From Octopus vulgaris (Eukaryota): a DNA stretch of 64,000 nucleotides. Positions 25,871-41,735 of the stretch are shown here, piece after piece (the first letter of the stretch is position 1; every line of letters begins with the position of its first letter). A model generated the notes under the pieces. That model was not told the DNA's origin and ran no database searches. It was given only the letters and a program-made list of their open reading frames with translations. Location: positions 68,200,001 to 68,264,000 of the forward strand of contig OX597827.1 in NCBI GenBank assembly GCA_951406725.2, read 5' to 3'. The translations under genes and the position numbers were made by a program.

Positions 25871-26893
25871 GTGTGGATGTGCATATGTATGTGGTGTTTG
25901 CATGCATATAGATATATATGAATACCTATATGTATATCTTCATATGAATATATGCATGTATATCTGTGTATATATATATATATATGTGTCCCTCCATCTC
26001 CCGCTCTCTCTCTCTCTCTCTCGATATATATATATACACACACATATATATATATGTATATGAGGGTGTTTATATATCTCTTATGGAGCTATAAAATAAC
26101 GCATACTAACAACCAACACTCACCAATTCGCATAGTTCTTACTACCACATAACTATATACTTACCATATACGTAATGCACACACACACACACACTCACAC
26201 ACACACACACATACCTATATATATTGTAGATATACTTATGTATAAGGAGAGCAGATTATTCGTTGAATAACAAAACCTAGTTTACTATTTTTTCCTCCAT
26301 CTTCTTCTTCTTCTTTCATACCTACCCATTGTGATTTTTCAGGAATTCTCATAAATTGTTAGTGATGCTTCCGAATAACAATTTGGCACTCTTGACTTTT
26401 CGAGTGCTTTTCAACCATTCCAATTCTTTTGCAGTTTTATTGTATCTGCTTCATGTTTCTGTATATATATTGTGTATGATGTGTATGGTTTTTGCTTGAA
26501 TATGTATCTATGAATGCGCGTATGGCGTGTAAGTTCGCTTGCGTAAAAGTACGGCAAGTAAAATATAAGAAGAAAGTTATGTATGTAGATTATCTGATCT
26601 ATCTATGTAACCATCGATCTTCTCCGCCCACTATTCATAGGCACCTCTTCTCGGGTACCTCTTCTAATTTTTTTATTTCTTATTTCTTTACTGCAAAATG
26701 CTTAGCAGTATTTCGTCCGTCCTTACGTTCTGAGTTGAAATGTTTTTCATCCTTTCTGTATCGATAAAATAAGTACCCGTTGAACACTGGAGTCGATGTA
26801 ATCGACTATTTCTCTCCCCCAAATTTCAGGCCTTATGCCTATAGTAGAAAGGATTATTTTCTCGCTTTTTTTTTTTTTTGCAATTTGTACTTT

Positions 26894-27205
26894 TCTTCTT
26901 TTCGCCCTTTTCAAGCCTAGCCAGGCTCATGGGCCGGTTTCCCGGTTTCTGTGGCGTATGTGCTCCCCCCCAGCTGGACAGGACACCAGTCCATCGCAGC
27001 GTTACCCAAGAAGCAGAAAGAGAGAGTGAAAGAAAGTTGTGGCAAAAGAGTACAACAGGAGTCACCACCACCTCCCTGCCGGAGCCTCGTGGAGCTTTTA
27101 GGTGTTTTCGCTCAATAAACACACACAACGTCCGGTCTGGGAATCGAAACCGCGATCCTCCGACCGCGAGTCCGCTGCCCTAACCACTAGGCCATTCGCC
27201 CCCAC
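26894..27205 (-). mobile_element. SINE with family B head and alternative (V/Meta-domain-like) 3' part
   Basis: Reverse complement begins ggcgaatggcctagtggttagggcagcggactcgcg and contains ctgcgatggactggtgtcctgtccag; near-TSD caatttgtacttt / caatctgtacttt. Confidence 0.8.
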
Positions 27206-29911
27206 AATCTGTACTTTCGGTGGAGCCTATGTGTTTAAGCAACCTCCAAATACATTTAGCTGGACCTGTTTAGAACCAGAAAGTCCTTCATTACCGTATA
27301 AGGCGAACTATTTATATGTCGGAGCCGGAGTAACTGCTACATGTGCAAACATTTTAACGTGTTTTCCGGCATACATGTCGGGATAGTATATAGTGTAAAC
27401 TGGTGGTGTAAATACGCAGTGCAAACATTTAAGAACTGTCACTATCTTTTCAAATCCTGCAGCATTTCGCATGGAATGTTCGGTCCTTCAAAGGGTTTTT
27501 TGGTATATAAATCGACCTACCTTTTTTCGGTTGTAAATTTTGGCCTCGTATATCGGTAAATGTAGTAGACTGCCTTCAAAAGATTCCACCTTATAGATTA
27601 GCAAATCTTTGCTCATCGATGCGTTACAACCACAAGTCCGCTGAAGTACTAAGGTCTTTCGTTTATCTCTCCTACTGATACCACAACAGTTCAAGTTTCT
27701 CTGAACTAACTAATTATCTACCAACTCCTCTTTTACTCTTAGTCATCAATCCTAACTGTGTTTCATTCGACAAATGTCACATTAAGAGTGTTTATTAGAA
27801 ACGAAACGACAATGGAGTCTAACTTCATAATATGCTGCTTTCTAGTTCTTGTCTTGTCAACAAAGCTTGTTTCACTCACCAGTCTTTTATGACTCAATAA
27901 ATTAATTGCCATACCCATTGATTTATGGCATCTACTGTCGAACATTTGACTCTTACGTGTAGCCCGCCTACTTATAGGTTATAAAATAAATATCGGTAAT
28001 ATAGTGCAATGAGTAGTGTAATGTCAAAGGTTAGAAACAACATACACTCCTAACCTCAACAAGAAAATCAAGACGAAAATGATACCATAAGTAAACTATA
28101 ACTTGTCTGCGTGGTAGAGAAGACAGATTTTTTTCTCTATATATATATCTTTCTCTCTCTCTATTTTTTTTTTTTTTGACTCACTATCTAATAACGAATG
28201 TTACGCGACTGAAAAAAAATGTTTAACCAACAGAGAAAAAGCCTCGGGAATATTTCTATTTTTAATAAGAACATTACAGTCTGTCTTACAATTCTTCTCA
28301 CAGTTAACTAGTAAATTTGCCAAGAAATATATATTTCGCTCCATATTACTTTGAACTTAGGAAGACATTAATGCTATTACTATGAAGCCATTGTTGTGTC
28401 AACGAATTAGAGATTTTAATAAGTTTGGCCAGAACTGGGAGATTATTAGATCGGTTTGTATTTAGAGACAAATCAGTCATTTTTCAAAGAAGGCAAAAGC
28501 TGTATCATTATTTCTTTTAAATGTATACGTAACTTTACATCTAATTATATTCTAATAAACCGTTTATCTAACACACTCTAACTCAAATAATGTTTAAGCT
28601 ATAATGAATGAATTTTCTGTAGATTCTGTAATTATTAGTGACTGTCTACCAGTCATTAATCCTGTAGATTTCTTGAGAATGGGTAAATTGGGGTTTATGT
28701 CAGTAATATATTTTTCAAGGACAATAGTGACGTAAGTAAATTAAAATGGCTACGTCCGAGGGTAGAAATCTAGTCGCTGCATTGACTGAATAAGAGTCTG
28801 TTTCTACGGCCCTCATCGTATTTTTAATCGTATTTACATTCAGTTTTAAATCTGAATAATTTTAACGAAACACTTTATAAACTGTCTGGTTTGTTTACAG
28901 ACTTAGGATGTGTCTATTTGTAGTCCGTCTTTATACTTATTGAGGAACGTTCTGAATTTAAATTCTGCCGAGGTCGACTTTCTCTTTCATCATTTTGGGG
29001 GTGATCCTGAATCTCTCAAAACCAGAGGCCCTTAATTAAGTTTTGTCCTTGCATAATAAGATTATCAAAGACAATCATACGAAATGAATTTATGTAATAA
29101 TACAAACAACAAAACCTTCATAAATCACGAACACTTTAACAAATTCAAACTTTGTATGTTTATATGGGTGTATGTGTATGTGTGTGGCTCCGTTTGTTTA
29201 TATATTTGTAAACACACATACACATGCATACACACACACAAAACAAGTATCGAGCAGAGTCATGCCATGTTACTAACAGATTCAAAAAATGGCGCTTAAA
29301 TTGCTTAAATTCATTTACCATCATAATTGACTGACTCCACTCAATGTACAATCTACTTTATGCGTGTGTGTGTGTGTAATACTTTTATTTACCCGTTTCG
29401 TGTCGCTTGTCTGTGTCTCTGCTAACACACCATCGTTAAGACGGTGAACCAACAGTTATTTTTGTTTCTAGAAATCGCACCCAAATCTCCCTCAAAACAC
29501 GTTCAACTGTTTCTCTTAGCGACACAGAATGTTGGGATGGCAACAGCTGGACGTCCCCTCTCAATCATAGGTCGATTCCATCTGGTCGGGCCTCAAACTA
29601 CAAACCAGCACCACAACAACAACAACGCGTGTGTACGAGACGATTTCATTACATTCATAACTTCCAACGCTAGGCTAAGTACTACAGTAGATAGAAACAT
29701 TCGTAAATTCATTCATTCATTCATTCGTTCGTTTATTCATTCCCGCATTCCTTCATTCACGTATTCATTGTGAGAGTTCATTCATTCTCAATTGGTATCA
29801 CAAAAATAAGAGAGGGACTTACACGCTCAGAAGAAAGCCAATATCAAAATGCAGCGCGTAGCTTTTATTCCCTTTTCTTTACTCGCTGACTTATCTTTTT
29901 CCCCTCTTCCC

Positions 29912-29943
<32 letters not shown>

Positions 29944-30453
29944 GTCCTTCATTGTTTCTCTCCCTCTCTTCTTCTCCTCTTCTCTTCTCTCTCCTCACTC
30001 GTTCATTTTTTTTTCCACAGACCTGCCTCGAAATCGCTTTTATACTTCACGATTAAATTGCTGACTGTTGCTTAACAAAAGAAAGGAGTTCAGTTGTGTT
30101 GAACGTACGATATATATCATGTTTAGCTTGTGTGTGTGCACTTACGATCTGTCTGCACTTGAAAACACAGGTCAATCTCGAACCGCCCTCGTATAAATAA
30201 CTGTGTGAAGTAAGGTTGCCGAATTGATACCGCGGTTTTTGTTGTTATCATTTATATAGATACCTACACACATACATACATACAAACATACATACATATA
30301 TATAAACCTACTGTAGATTGTCGATTTCTTGAGGAGTCGGAAACATTAATATTCCCCGTTTCAATGCAAAACATTTGTTTGGAAAATCGTACAAGTACTC
30401 CCCCCCCACAGCTCCCTCTCTCTCTCTCCCCTTTTCTCTCTCTCTCTCTCTCC

Positions 30454-30522
<69 letters not shown>

Positions 30523-30696
30523 AACTGCATATAAAAAACTGAAGGGTCAGTAAAATTGTATTATATACATATTAGAGGGAAACCACTATGTGGACACCCT
30601 TATGCTAGAAATAGATCCGCTATGGTCTTACCACTAAGAAATGGTGTGAAATCGATGTTAATTAAATTAATATCTAATTTCTCAGCCTCATTTTAA

Positions 30697-30758
<62 letters not shown>

Positions 30759-30851
30759 CTTCTTCCCTTCTTTCCTGAGCGTCCAATAATACTTTATTTG
30801 TTCCACATCCTTACGTTGTTGTCTTTTTGTTTTCTTGTTTGGATTAACTTT

Positions 30852-30887
<36 letters not shown>

Positions 30888-31149
30888 CAGCTCCTCTCCT
30901 TCTCTCATATACGTATGTTTTGGCATATGTGTACACGTGAGAGCCTGAGCCTATGTATGTATGTATGTATGCTTGTATGTATGTACGTACGTACGTATGT
31001 CTATCTTTGTATCTCTGCGTGAAGTGTCTGCACCACAGCATTCAATGAAATGAAGATTTCCATATATTTCCACAGACACCTACATAGGTTGTGTGTCTGT
31101 CTGTCTGTGCGAGTATGAAATGTGCGTGGCATGGGTGTGAATAAACGTG

Positions 31150-31187
<38 letters not shown>

Positions 31188-32052
31188 CCAACTGTGCACT
31201 AGTGCGTGAGAGAACCTAGCCATGTGATGACGCTGGCATGTGAGAGTATGATGGAGATGGGATGCGATGCGATGCGAATGGGTTGGTAGGTGTTTTAAGG
31301 GACAAACTGCCATTTTTTTCTATGTTTCCAGTCTGGACTATAACGTCATCTAACCATCTAGGAATATTTCGAAAATATTTTACACGGGCATTATGTTTTT
31401 GAAAATTTTTTTTTGGCATATGCGTCCCGTTGCGCTTGGTAATGCCCGCTGTATCGTTAGGACAGGCAGCAGACACGTTAAATAGACCAACTGGGAATGC
31501 AGTAACATAGCAAAGCTGTTTATTCGAATGCTTCGTAATCTGTTAAAGGCATCGACCTACCTGCTTGCCTATCTACCTAACGAAAGATACCTACCTGCAT
31601 ACCTCTACGCACGCTTTTTATTTTTTATTTTTTCCTGTATTTTAAACACACACACACATAATTTCCATTTTTTTTTTCATTTATTTATACATGATTTTTT
31701 TTTTTTTTTTAGTCTTTGCTGATAGATACAAGGGTACATATGAGTACATGGATGAAAAACAAAAAAACAAAAAAAAAACAAATAAAAAAAAAACAAAAAA
31801 AATGCGGGTACATATTTTGAATACGTTGCATATCTTCTATGATAATCATCGCATTGAAGATGCATATGTGATATGCAGTAGATAAGAGTGCATACATGTT
31901 TACATTTTTAACACGAGAACTATTAGGTAATTAGCGAAACTACATGCATACATAAACACATTATACAGACAGACGACCATATCTAATCTTGATATTATAT
32001 ACGGCTGGTTGTACGAGTATAAGTATGTGTGAGTGCGTGTTTGGGTGTGTGA

Positions 32053-32091
<39 letters not shown>

Positions 32092-32104
32092 ATCTCTATC
32101 TCTA

Positions 32105-32135
<31 letters not shown>

Positions 32136-32162
32136 ATCTATCTATTTCTATATATCTATCTA

Positions 32163-32550
<388 letters not shown>

Positions 32551-33006
32551 ATATATGTATATATATATATATATATGGGTGTGTACGAATATACATGCTT
32601 AGATGAATATATATGTGTGTCTGCATATGTGTGTGTGTGTTTTTGTGTGTGTGTTTATCTATCTATCTATCTACCTATATATATATATATATATATATAT
32701 ACGAATGTGTACTAATATATGTGCATAGATTAATATATATATATGGGTGTGTACGAATATACATGCTTAGATGAATATATATGTGTGTCTGCATATGTAT
32801 GTGTGTGTATGGATGAATAGATAAAATAATTAGGCATACATCTGCCTGCAAATTCTTACTTACAATCACTTTCCGAGCACAACAACCCCGCCTCTATTAA
32901 TAAATCTACATAAATTAAAATTCGGCAAATATACACGGTTTGATACGTTACATATCATACATGAACGAACACGCGGCCTGACGCTTTTCATACAAATTCG
33001 TCTTCC

Positions 33007-33060
<54 letters not shown>

Positions 33061-33211
33061 TACACTCAGTTTCGAACTCATACTCATGCAAAATAGACTA
33101 TACAAAATCTTTAAAAAATAGGGGCTTTTGCCTTTTTATCATTTTGGTGATGCTGAATACGATAATTAGGGGCCAGATATGAATATGAGGATATAAGATA
33201 TATAAGATATA

Positions 33212-33624
33212 TATTTCTTTATTGCCACAAGGGGCTAAACATAGTCGGGAGAAACAAGGACAGACAAACGGATTAAGTCGATTATATCGACCCCAGTGCG
33301 TAACTGGTACTTATTTAATCGACCCCGAAAGGATGAAAGGCAAAGTCGACCTCGGCAGAATTTTAACTCAGACGTAACGGCAGACGAAATACCTATTTCT
33401 TTACTACCCACAAGGGGCTAAACACAGAGAAGACAAACAAGGACAGACAAAGGGATTAAATCGATTACATCGACCCCAGTGCGAAACCGGTACTTATTTA
33501 ATCGACCCCGAACGGATGAAAGGCAAAGTCGACCTCGGCGGAATTTGAACTCAGAACGTAGTGGCAGACGAAATACCGCTAAGCATTTCGCCCGCCGTGC
33601 TAACGTTTCCGCCAGCTCGCCGCC
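33212..33624 (-). mobile_element. SINE family A dimer with a single TSD
   Basis: 19-bp TSD tatgaggatataagatata at 33184-33202 and 33627-33645. Confidence 0.9.
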
Positions 33625-34244
33625 TGTATGAGGATATAAGATATAAACTTGATCAGGATTCTGAGCATCACGTCCTTAATTTCGGGGAAAATGCTAACGA
33701 AACGATAGTCTTATCTATTTATCATAAATACTCAAGCACTTTTACCCACACAAACAGAAAGTAACATCTCACTCACATATGTTCATAGAAATCTCTGTGA
33801 CGGTTTTTATGCATATGGATGTGTGTGTATGTGTGTGTTTTCTACCTGTCTAATCAAACTCCTAAGCTATTTATCTTGCAAGCTTGTAGGATAGATAGTT
33901 ATGTACCAGATTGTTATGGACACCTTCCACATATACAAGCATATAATTTCACGTATATGTAATCATATTTATTGATTCATGTGTGTACTACACTCTCTCA
34001 CATACACAGATACAGGCTACAGTATACAAGCTGTTCCTCTTTCGTCGACTCCACATCGTAATTCTCGTCTTTCTCCTTATCTTCACAAAATGTTCGCCGA
34101 TTATTAAATTATATTCGTATAATCAGATGTTACTTCATGTTAAATACGATTATCTTACATATTACTACCTTAAACTGATTGTTCAATATTATATTTTGTT
34201 ACAAGTATAATTGTAACTTAATATATTATTATACAATTGAATAA

Positions 34245-34908
34245 AGCAGCGAGCTTGGCAGAAACGTTAGCACGCCGGGCGAAATGCTTAGCGGTATTTC
34301 GTCTGCCGTTACGTTGTAAGTTCAAATTCCGCCGAGGTCGACTTTGCCTTTCATCCTTTCGGAGTCGATTAAATAAGTACCAGTTACGCACTGGGGTCGA
34401 TATAATCGACTTAATCCATTTGTCTGTCCTTATTTGTCCTCTCTGTGTTTAGCCCCTTGTGGGTAGTAAAGAAATAGGTATTTAGTCCGTCACTACGTTC
34501 TGAGTTCAAATTCCGCCGAAGTCAACTTTGTGTTTTATCCTTTCAGGGTCGATAAATAAAGTACCAGGTGAACACTGGAGTCGATGTAATCGACTTGCCC
34601 CTTCCGCCAAAATTGCTGGCCTGGTACCAAAATTTTAATCCAATTTATCATATAATTGAATCCAACATGAAATGGCGTCCTTTGTGTTAATATTCTTTAC
34701 TACACTAGGCACAAGGTCCGAAATTCTGGGGGGAGGGGGCGAGTCGATTAGATCGACCCCAGTACTCAACTGGTACTTAATTTACCGACCCTGAAAGTAT
34801 GAAAGGCAAAGTTGACCTCGACGGAATTTGAATTCAGAACGTAAAGACAGACGAAATACTGCTATGCACTTCGCCTGGCGTGCTAACGTCTCTACCAGCT
34901 GACCGCCT
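34245..34908. mobile_element. Tail-to-tail SINE family A copies (+ dimer 34245-34645; - monomer ~34690-34908)
   Basis: Core present in both orientations. Confidence 0.85.
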
Positions 34909-35684
34909 TCTACTGCTCAGATTTGCTTTTAATGTCAGCAATAACTTTTATTCCCGCCTTACTTGTCTTTTCTCTTTTCGTTAACCTTGCTATGTCCACC
35001 CTCCAAGCAGTACATTCAGCACTACACCTAATTCTTCCTCTGGAATATTCCTTCCCTGATCATGTCTTTGTTGCAGATATTGTTTAAGGAAACGTTCAAA
35101 TAGAAGCATTAAGGGTATGAATTTGACCGGGCAAAGAGGGCCTGAAAAGGCCATGGGTACTGCCCATTTTTTAATCATGTTTTGTTTTTTAAATCACGCG
35201 ATTAAATAAATATATATATTATATTCAGCTCTCATAACTCCCTATTTCACAATTTTATGTAGCTCTCATGAAATAATTTCATCCGTCGGATCTCTTAGAT
35301 TTTCAGTTACAATGTAACTCTACATTGCACTTCTTAGTAATTGATGATTTGTGAACTCATAGCCGACTCCGTAAGAGGAGCTTGCTGTGATAGCCTCACG
35401 ATTCTCTGTCTCCAAATCTTATACTACCCATAGAGACGCGTGCGTGTGCGCGTGCATGTGTGAGTGTGTATGACAAGAATTTATAATTTCGAGAGAATGT
35501 GAAATAATTCTGTTTTGGAACGACGTATGTCGAAGCAGATAAAGCTACATATAATACCATATATATATATTAAGTAAGCAAAGAAAAGCCTTCAGATATA
35601 AAAAAAAGTAGAAGACTACCCTTTTATTCACAGCTGTATTTGCTTCGAGGTACACCGTTCAAAAAAAAATTATAAGTAAATAAG

Positions 35685-35985
35685 TGGAGGCACATGGCCT
35701 AGTGGTTAGAGCAGCGGACTCGCGGTCGAGGGATCGCGGGTTCGAATCTCAGACCGGGCGATATTTGTGTTTATGAGCGAAACACCTAAGCTCCACGCGG
35801 CTCCAGCAGAAGGTAATGGTGAACATCTGCTGACTCTTTCGCCACAAATTTCTCCCACTCTTTCCTCCTGCATCTTGCAGCTCACCTGCGACGGACCGGC
35901 GTCCCGTCTAGGTGGGGAACCTATATGCCAAGGAAACCGGGAAACTGGCCCTTATGAGCCAGGCGTGGCTCGAGAAGGAACAGAC
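35685..35985 (+). mobile_element. tRNA-derived SINE (B-type head, V/Meta-like tail)
   Basis: tggaggcacatggcctagtggttagagc...gggttcgaatc; 13-bp TSD ataagtaaataag at 35672-35684 and 35986-35998. Confidence 0.88.
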
Positions 35986-36621
35986 ATAAGTAAATAAGCA
36001 CCCACACATCAACAGATGCACAGACAGATTGACAAGATAGTATATACGACATATCAAATAACACAAGCTTTCAGTATTAATGATCCACTGGTTAAACCGA
36101 TAAGAAATTTCATTACTAAAATAACTTTTAAATCACCAAAATTGTTTGGTTATACTTGCTCTGCACACCGATGCTGCCATACAAACGAAGCAGCTAACAA
36201 AAGTGTCGAAACCACAATAAATGAATTTTAATTGGACAATGAGTGAAAGTTTTATATTTTCGAAAGAATTTCCGCCGCCAAATTATGGCGTTTTGGCATG
36301 AAACTGATGTTAGTGATATACAACGGAACGTATCTTACATTTTCTTGATATTTTAATATATTTGCCTCTCAACTAATAATGGTTTTATGGGAGATTCTTT
36401 TATAAGAATTTAAACCTTTTGTTTTGTTTCATTGTGATAATTGGTCTGACAATAAATATTTTCATACGCAGTAGTTAGCAAGAGTGCATCTATGTATCTC
36501 TGTATGCATATCTACGTAAATATCTTACAAGCGTATTTGTATGTGCTTGACTTTGTAAGTGAGACTGTGGTGTGTGTATGTGCCCACACACACACAAAAC
36601 ATTCAGCTATCAGCTCTGGTT

Positions 36622-36830
36622 GGTGGGCAAAATGCTTAGCGGTATTTCGTCTGCCGTTACCTTCTGAGTTCAAATTCTGCCGAGGTCGACGTTGCCTTTC
36701 ATCCTTTCGGGGTCGATAAAATAAGTACGAGTTACGCACTGGGGTCGATATAATCGTCTTAATCCGTTTGTCTGTCCTTGTTTGTCCCCACTGTGTGTAG
36801 CTCCTTGTGGGCAGTAAACAAATAGGTTTT
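36622..36830 (+). mobile_element. SINE family A monomer, 5'-truncated
   Basis: Core and tail match the other copies. Confidence 0.8.
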
Positions 36831-37664
36831 ATTTAGAAATTTGTTGTAATTTCGTGTTTGTGTCTCTCTCTCTCTCTCTCTCTCTCTCACAAACACACAC
36901 ATACACACTTGCAAATACACACACCAATGAGGAACTCGCGATAGTCGAGTGTTTACGTACCAAATTACTGTATATCTAAAGCAAAAGTTTTCCAGAGCTC
37001 CTGAAAATAGAATCGTGGATCCTCAATTTACTATTTTGTTGTGTGGGCCCCCAAAATTATATAGGACACCTCAGAGCCATATGGGCCGCGGTTGAGAACC
37101 ACTGCCTTAAGTACTCCCATCTTCGAGGTAATTTTTATATAAGGCCAATATCAGAAGGTGATGCTCTGATTCAGTGTCGTGCAGCTGACCCGTTTCGCAC
37201 CCCTAATATACGTCTATGCTTAAAATATATACATGTTATGTTTATGTTATGTTGGACGAAGTGTACCGATCACATTCACGGTTGATTGGCGCTCAGTTAT
37301 TTTCTTTTACTAAACTTTTGAAAGTAAATGAACGGATTGTGCATTGGAGGAATGTCTAGAAGCCGGACAGAAAAAAAAAATCTGTATCGGTTCAAGATAC
37401 ATTCTATTATATAAAAAAGTAATAAATATTCTATTATAAGCCGGAAGGAAGGAAGGAACAGGACAGAAAGACGAGAATGAGAGACAAAATAAAAGTGGTA
37501 ACGAACGAATTGGATTAGATCATAACAGGAGTAAGAGGTAGAAATACTATGAGAGCAAAGTGGAGGAAGAGAGAGAGTGAGAGAGAGGAAAGCATGATAA
37601 AGAGAGCGGGGGTGGGGAATGAAATAGCTGAGAGGAAATTAGAAACTAACATGTGTCTTTTGTC

Positions 37665-38347
<683 letters not shown>

Positions 38348-38661
38348 GCTGGTGTATAAGTAACACACTTAGTCTCGTTAACTAAGAGATGTGGGTTCGA
38401 CTCCCACGCCGATAGGAAAACCATCTTTTTTCTGTCAAGGGCTTATATATCACTTTATTAGACTGTTTTCCTTAGTCATTTCACGGTGATCGCCATAAGC
38501 TTTAAGCTTATATAAAAATAGCATTATTATTATTTACAGGATTGTAAACTCAGCGGCGTATAAAACTCCAGTCGCACCGGCAAATTAATAAAATATCAAC
38601 ATATAATATTAGATATGTACATATATACACAAGGGCACTACATGAGTACCTATATCGCTAA

Positions 38662-38713
<52 letters not shown>

Positions 38714-39669
38714 TATCACAGTCATAATAATGTGTCGTAAGGAGTAGATGGATGGCTGATGAAAATAGAAAATGGAGAAAATGAAATAAAAGGTGAAGAA
38801 TAAAATAAAGGAAGAAATTAGCAAGTTCAGGAAAGATACTAATGAACAGAAAAGCAGTCAGACAGACAGAAGAGAAACAAAGCAGGAAAAAATTCTAAGG
38901 AATTAGAGAGACAGGCTAAAAATATACAGACAAGCAGAGAGAGAGAGAAGCCAGACAGCCAGACAGCCAGTCAGACCAACTGACAAGCGGTAGATTAAGA
39001 AATAATCAGATTCTTGTCTAAGTAAGAAAGAAAGAAGAAAAAAAAGAATGCGATGAAAAGCTAAAAAAAAAATAAATAAAAAAAAAAGAAAAAACAGTAG
39101 TAAACAATGAAAAAAAAGAAAAGAATAAACAATAATAATAATAGACATCCTAAACAACACTGCTTGGGTCATATTCTTTCTGTGTTACCATTTCCAGGCG
39201 GTACCAATTTTTTTTTTTAGCGCAATAACGGTAGCGTCTAGGAAAACTTTTCACGCCAACCTAATTCTTGAGGGGTTTTTTTTTTTCGATTTTTTTTTTT
39301 TTTCTTTTGCTTCTGTACCCCCAAAATCAGAGCGCTTGATGAGTCAGCAGGCAATTTAGGAGGAAGATGCAGAAAAATAGAAAATACCCACCTGCTTTCA
39401 CAAAAGCACTGCGAAAATCCCCACCCAAAAATATATTTAAAAAGAAAAATATATATAAAGAACAAGAAAACAGAGAGGGAGGGCGCGCCGTTAAGCAGCT
39501 AGAAACAGCAACCAAATTTTCCTTAAAACACTTCCCTGCAGCCTTAGAAAAGAACACGTTGTATAATAGAGACTTGGGTTCCCAGCACATGAGAAAAACA
39601 GACAGGATGGTCACGGTTGAACGACTTTTGATCATAGATTTGCTCGACCAGGGCTGACCAAGAACTAAA

Positions 39670-40312
39670 GGCGGCGAGCTGGCAGAAACGTTAGCACGCC
39701 GGGCGAAGTGCTTAGCGGTATTTCGTCTGACGCTACGCTCCGAGTTCAAATTGCGCCAAGGTCGACTGTGCCTTTCATCCTTTCGGGGGTCGATTAAATA
39801 AGTACCAGTTACGCAATGGGGTCGATATGATCGAGTTAATCCGTTTGTCTGTCCTTGTTTGTCCCCTCTGTGTGTAGCCCCTTGTGGGCAGTAAAGAAAT
39901 AAGAACTAAGCTTGGCTACTTTTGTATGTACAATTTATTTTAAAGAGACCAATGGCGGCAAGCAGGCAGAATTTGGTACGCTGAGCTAAATGTTTAGCGG
40001 CATTGCGTCTGTCTTTACGTTCTGAGTTCAAATTCAGCCGACGTCGTCTTCATCTCTCATTCTTTCGAGATCGATGACATAAGTACTAATCGAACACTGG
40101 AGTCGATTTGAACAACTTAGCCCTCTCCTAAGATTGCTGGCCTTCTGCTAAAATTCAAAGCCATTATATTCTTTTTTACTCTAGGCACAAGGCCCGAAAT
40201 TTTAGGGGAGGGGGCCAGTCGATTAGATCGACCCCAGTTACGCAACTGGTACTTAATTATCGACCTCGAAAGGATGAAAGGCAAAGTCGACCTCGGCAGA
40301 ATTTGAACTCAG

Positions 40313-40315
<3 letters not shown>
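39670..40315. mobile_element. Cluster of SINE family A copies (+,+,-)
   Basis: First monomer flanked by aagaactaa duplication; core also seen antisense at 40260-40315. Confidence 0.8.
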
Positions 40316-40368
<53 letters not shown>

Positions 40369-40953
40369 TGTGTGTATACACAGTGTGTGTGAGTGTGTGT
40401 GTTGGTGTGTCTACGTCCCCCTAACTTAGCGATTCGGCAAAAGACACCGATTGAACAAGTACTAGGCTTAAACAAATGAAAAATTCCTAGGGTCGATTTG
40501 TTCGACTAAAACCCTTCCAGGCCGTGCTCCATCATGGCCGCAGTCAAATCACAGAAACATATAAAAGAATATAATATTCCGACGCTCTTCAATTATGGTT
40601 CTTAGACTTTGACCTCTTTTAGGCTTGCTAGTTTGCTAAAATGACCTAAAGTTTGCTAAAATGCTCTAAAGCTATATCATACACTTTAATCTTTTCTGTC
40701 CCTTCTCGCACTTGAGTATCACTTTTGCAAGAATAATCTGTAAAATAGAATCTATTTTTTGCTGAGCGCTATTCTTATCTGATATTTTTTTTCACATGTT
40801 TTATTTAATCTTTTTACTTTTTGTTCACGCTTTTCTTTTCTCTGTGAAGACAAGACTTGCAGTATGAAATGTCAATAGTCGAATCACGTTTTCTCATTAT
40901 CTCATTCTTGCCACATAAGGTCTTAGAAAAAGAAGTGTAACATTTATGTATGA

Positions 40954-41001
<48 letters not shown>

Positions 41002-41053
41002 TTACATTATATACGTGCAGTATGTGTATCTATCATTATTTACGTATATATTG

Positions 41054-41106
<53 letters not shown>

Positions 41107-41266
41107 TAGTATACGTATATGTAGCTTTTGCAAATATATATCACGCCAAAGAAACGCGAAACCGCGCTTTGCGAACTCGGTCTCCAGAGATATTTATCCG
41201 GCATCAAGTTCGACACTTCTTCGTCAATGTTAACACCTAATATACGTGTGAGTGTATATGTATGTA

Positions 41267-41314
<48 letters not shown>

Positions 41315-41318
41315 TGTA

Positions 41319-41520
41319 TACTCTTTTACTTGTTTCAGTCATTTGACTGTGGCCATGCTGGAGCACCGCCTTTAATCGAGCAACTCGACCCCCGGGACTT
41401 ATTCTTTTGTAAGCCCAGTACTTATTCTATCGGTCTCTTAGGCCGAACCGCTAAGTAACGGGGACATAAACACACCAGCACCGGTTGTCAAGCAATGCTA
41501 GGGGGACAAACACAGACACA

Positions 41521-41570
<50 letters not shown>

Positions 41571-41735
41571 TACGACGGGCTTCTTTCAGTTTCCGTCTAC
41601 CAAATCCACTCACAAGGCTTTGGTCGGCCCGAGGCTATAGTAGAAGACACTTGCCCAAGGTGCCACGCAGTGGGACTGAACTCGGAACCATGTGGCTGGT
41701 AAACAAGCCACTTACCACACAGCCACTCCTGCGCC
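41319..41735 (-). mobile_element. SINE family C, full length (tRNA head, CORE-like domain, internal (TA)n/(TG)n)
   Basis: Reverse complement reads aggagtggctgtgtggtaag...gagttcagtcccactgcgtggcaccttgggcaagtgtctt (CORE-like), microsatellite, then 3' gtaaaagagta tail. Confidence 0.85.

Noticed and set aside
36980-37105. hAT-like terminus ggttgagaaccactg (similar end at ~45870-45937)
   Set aside because: Only one end is recognisable, with no matching TIR or TSD, so it was not called as a feature.
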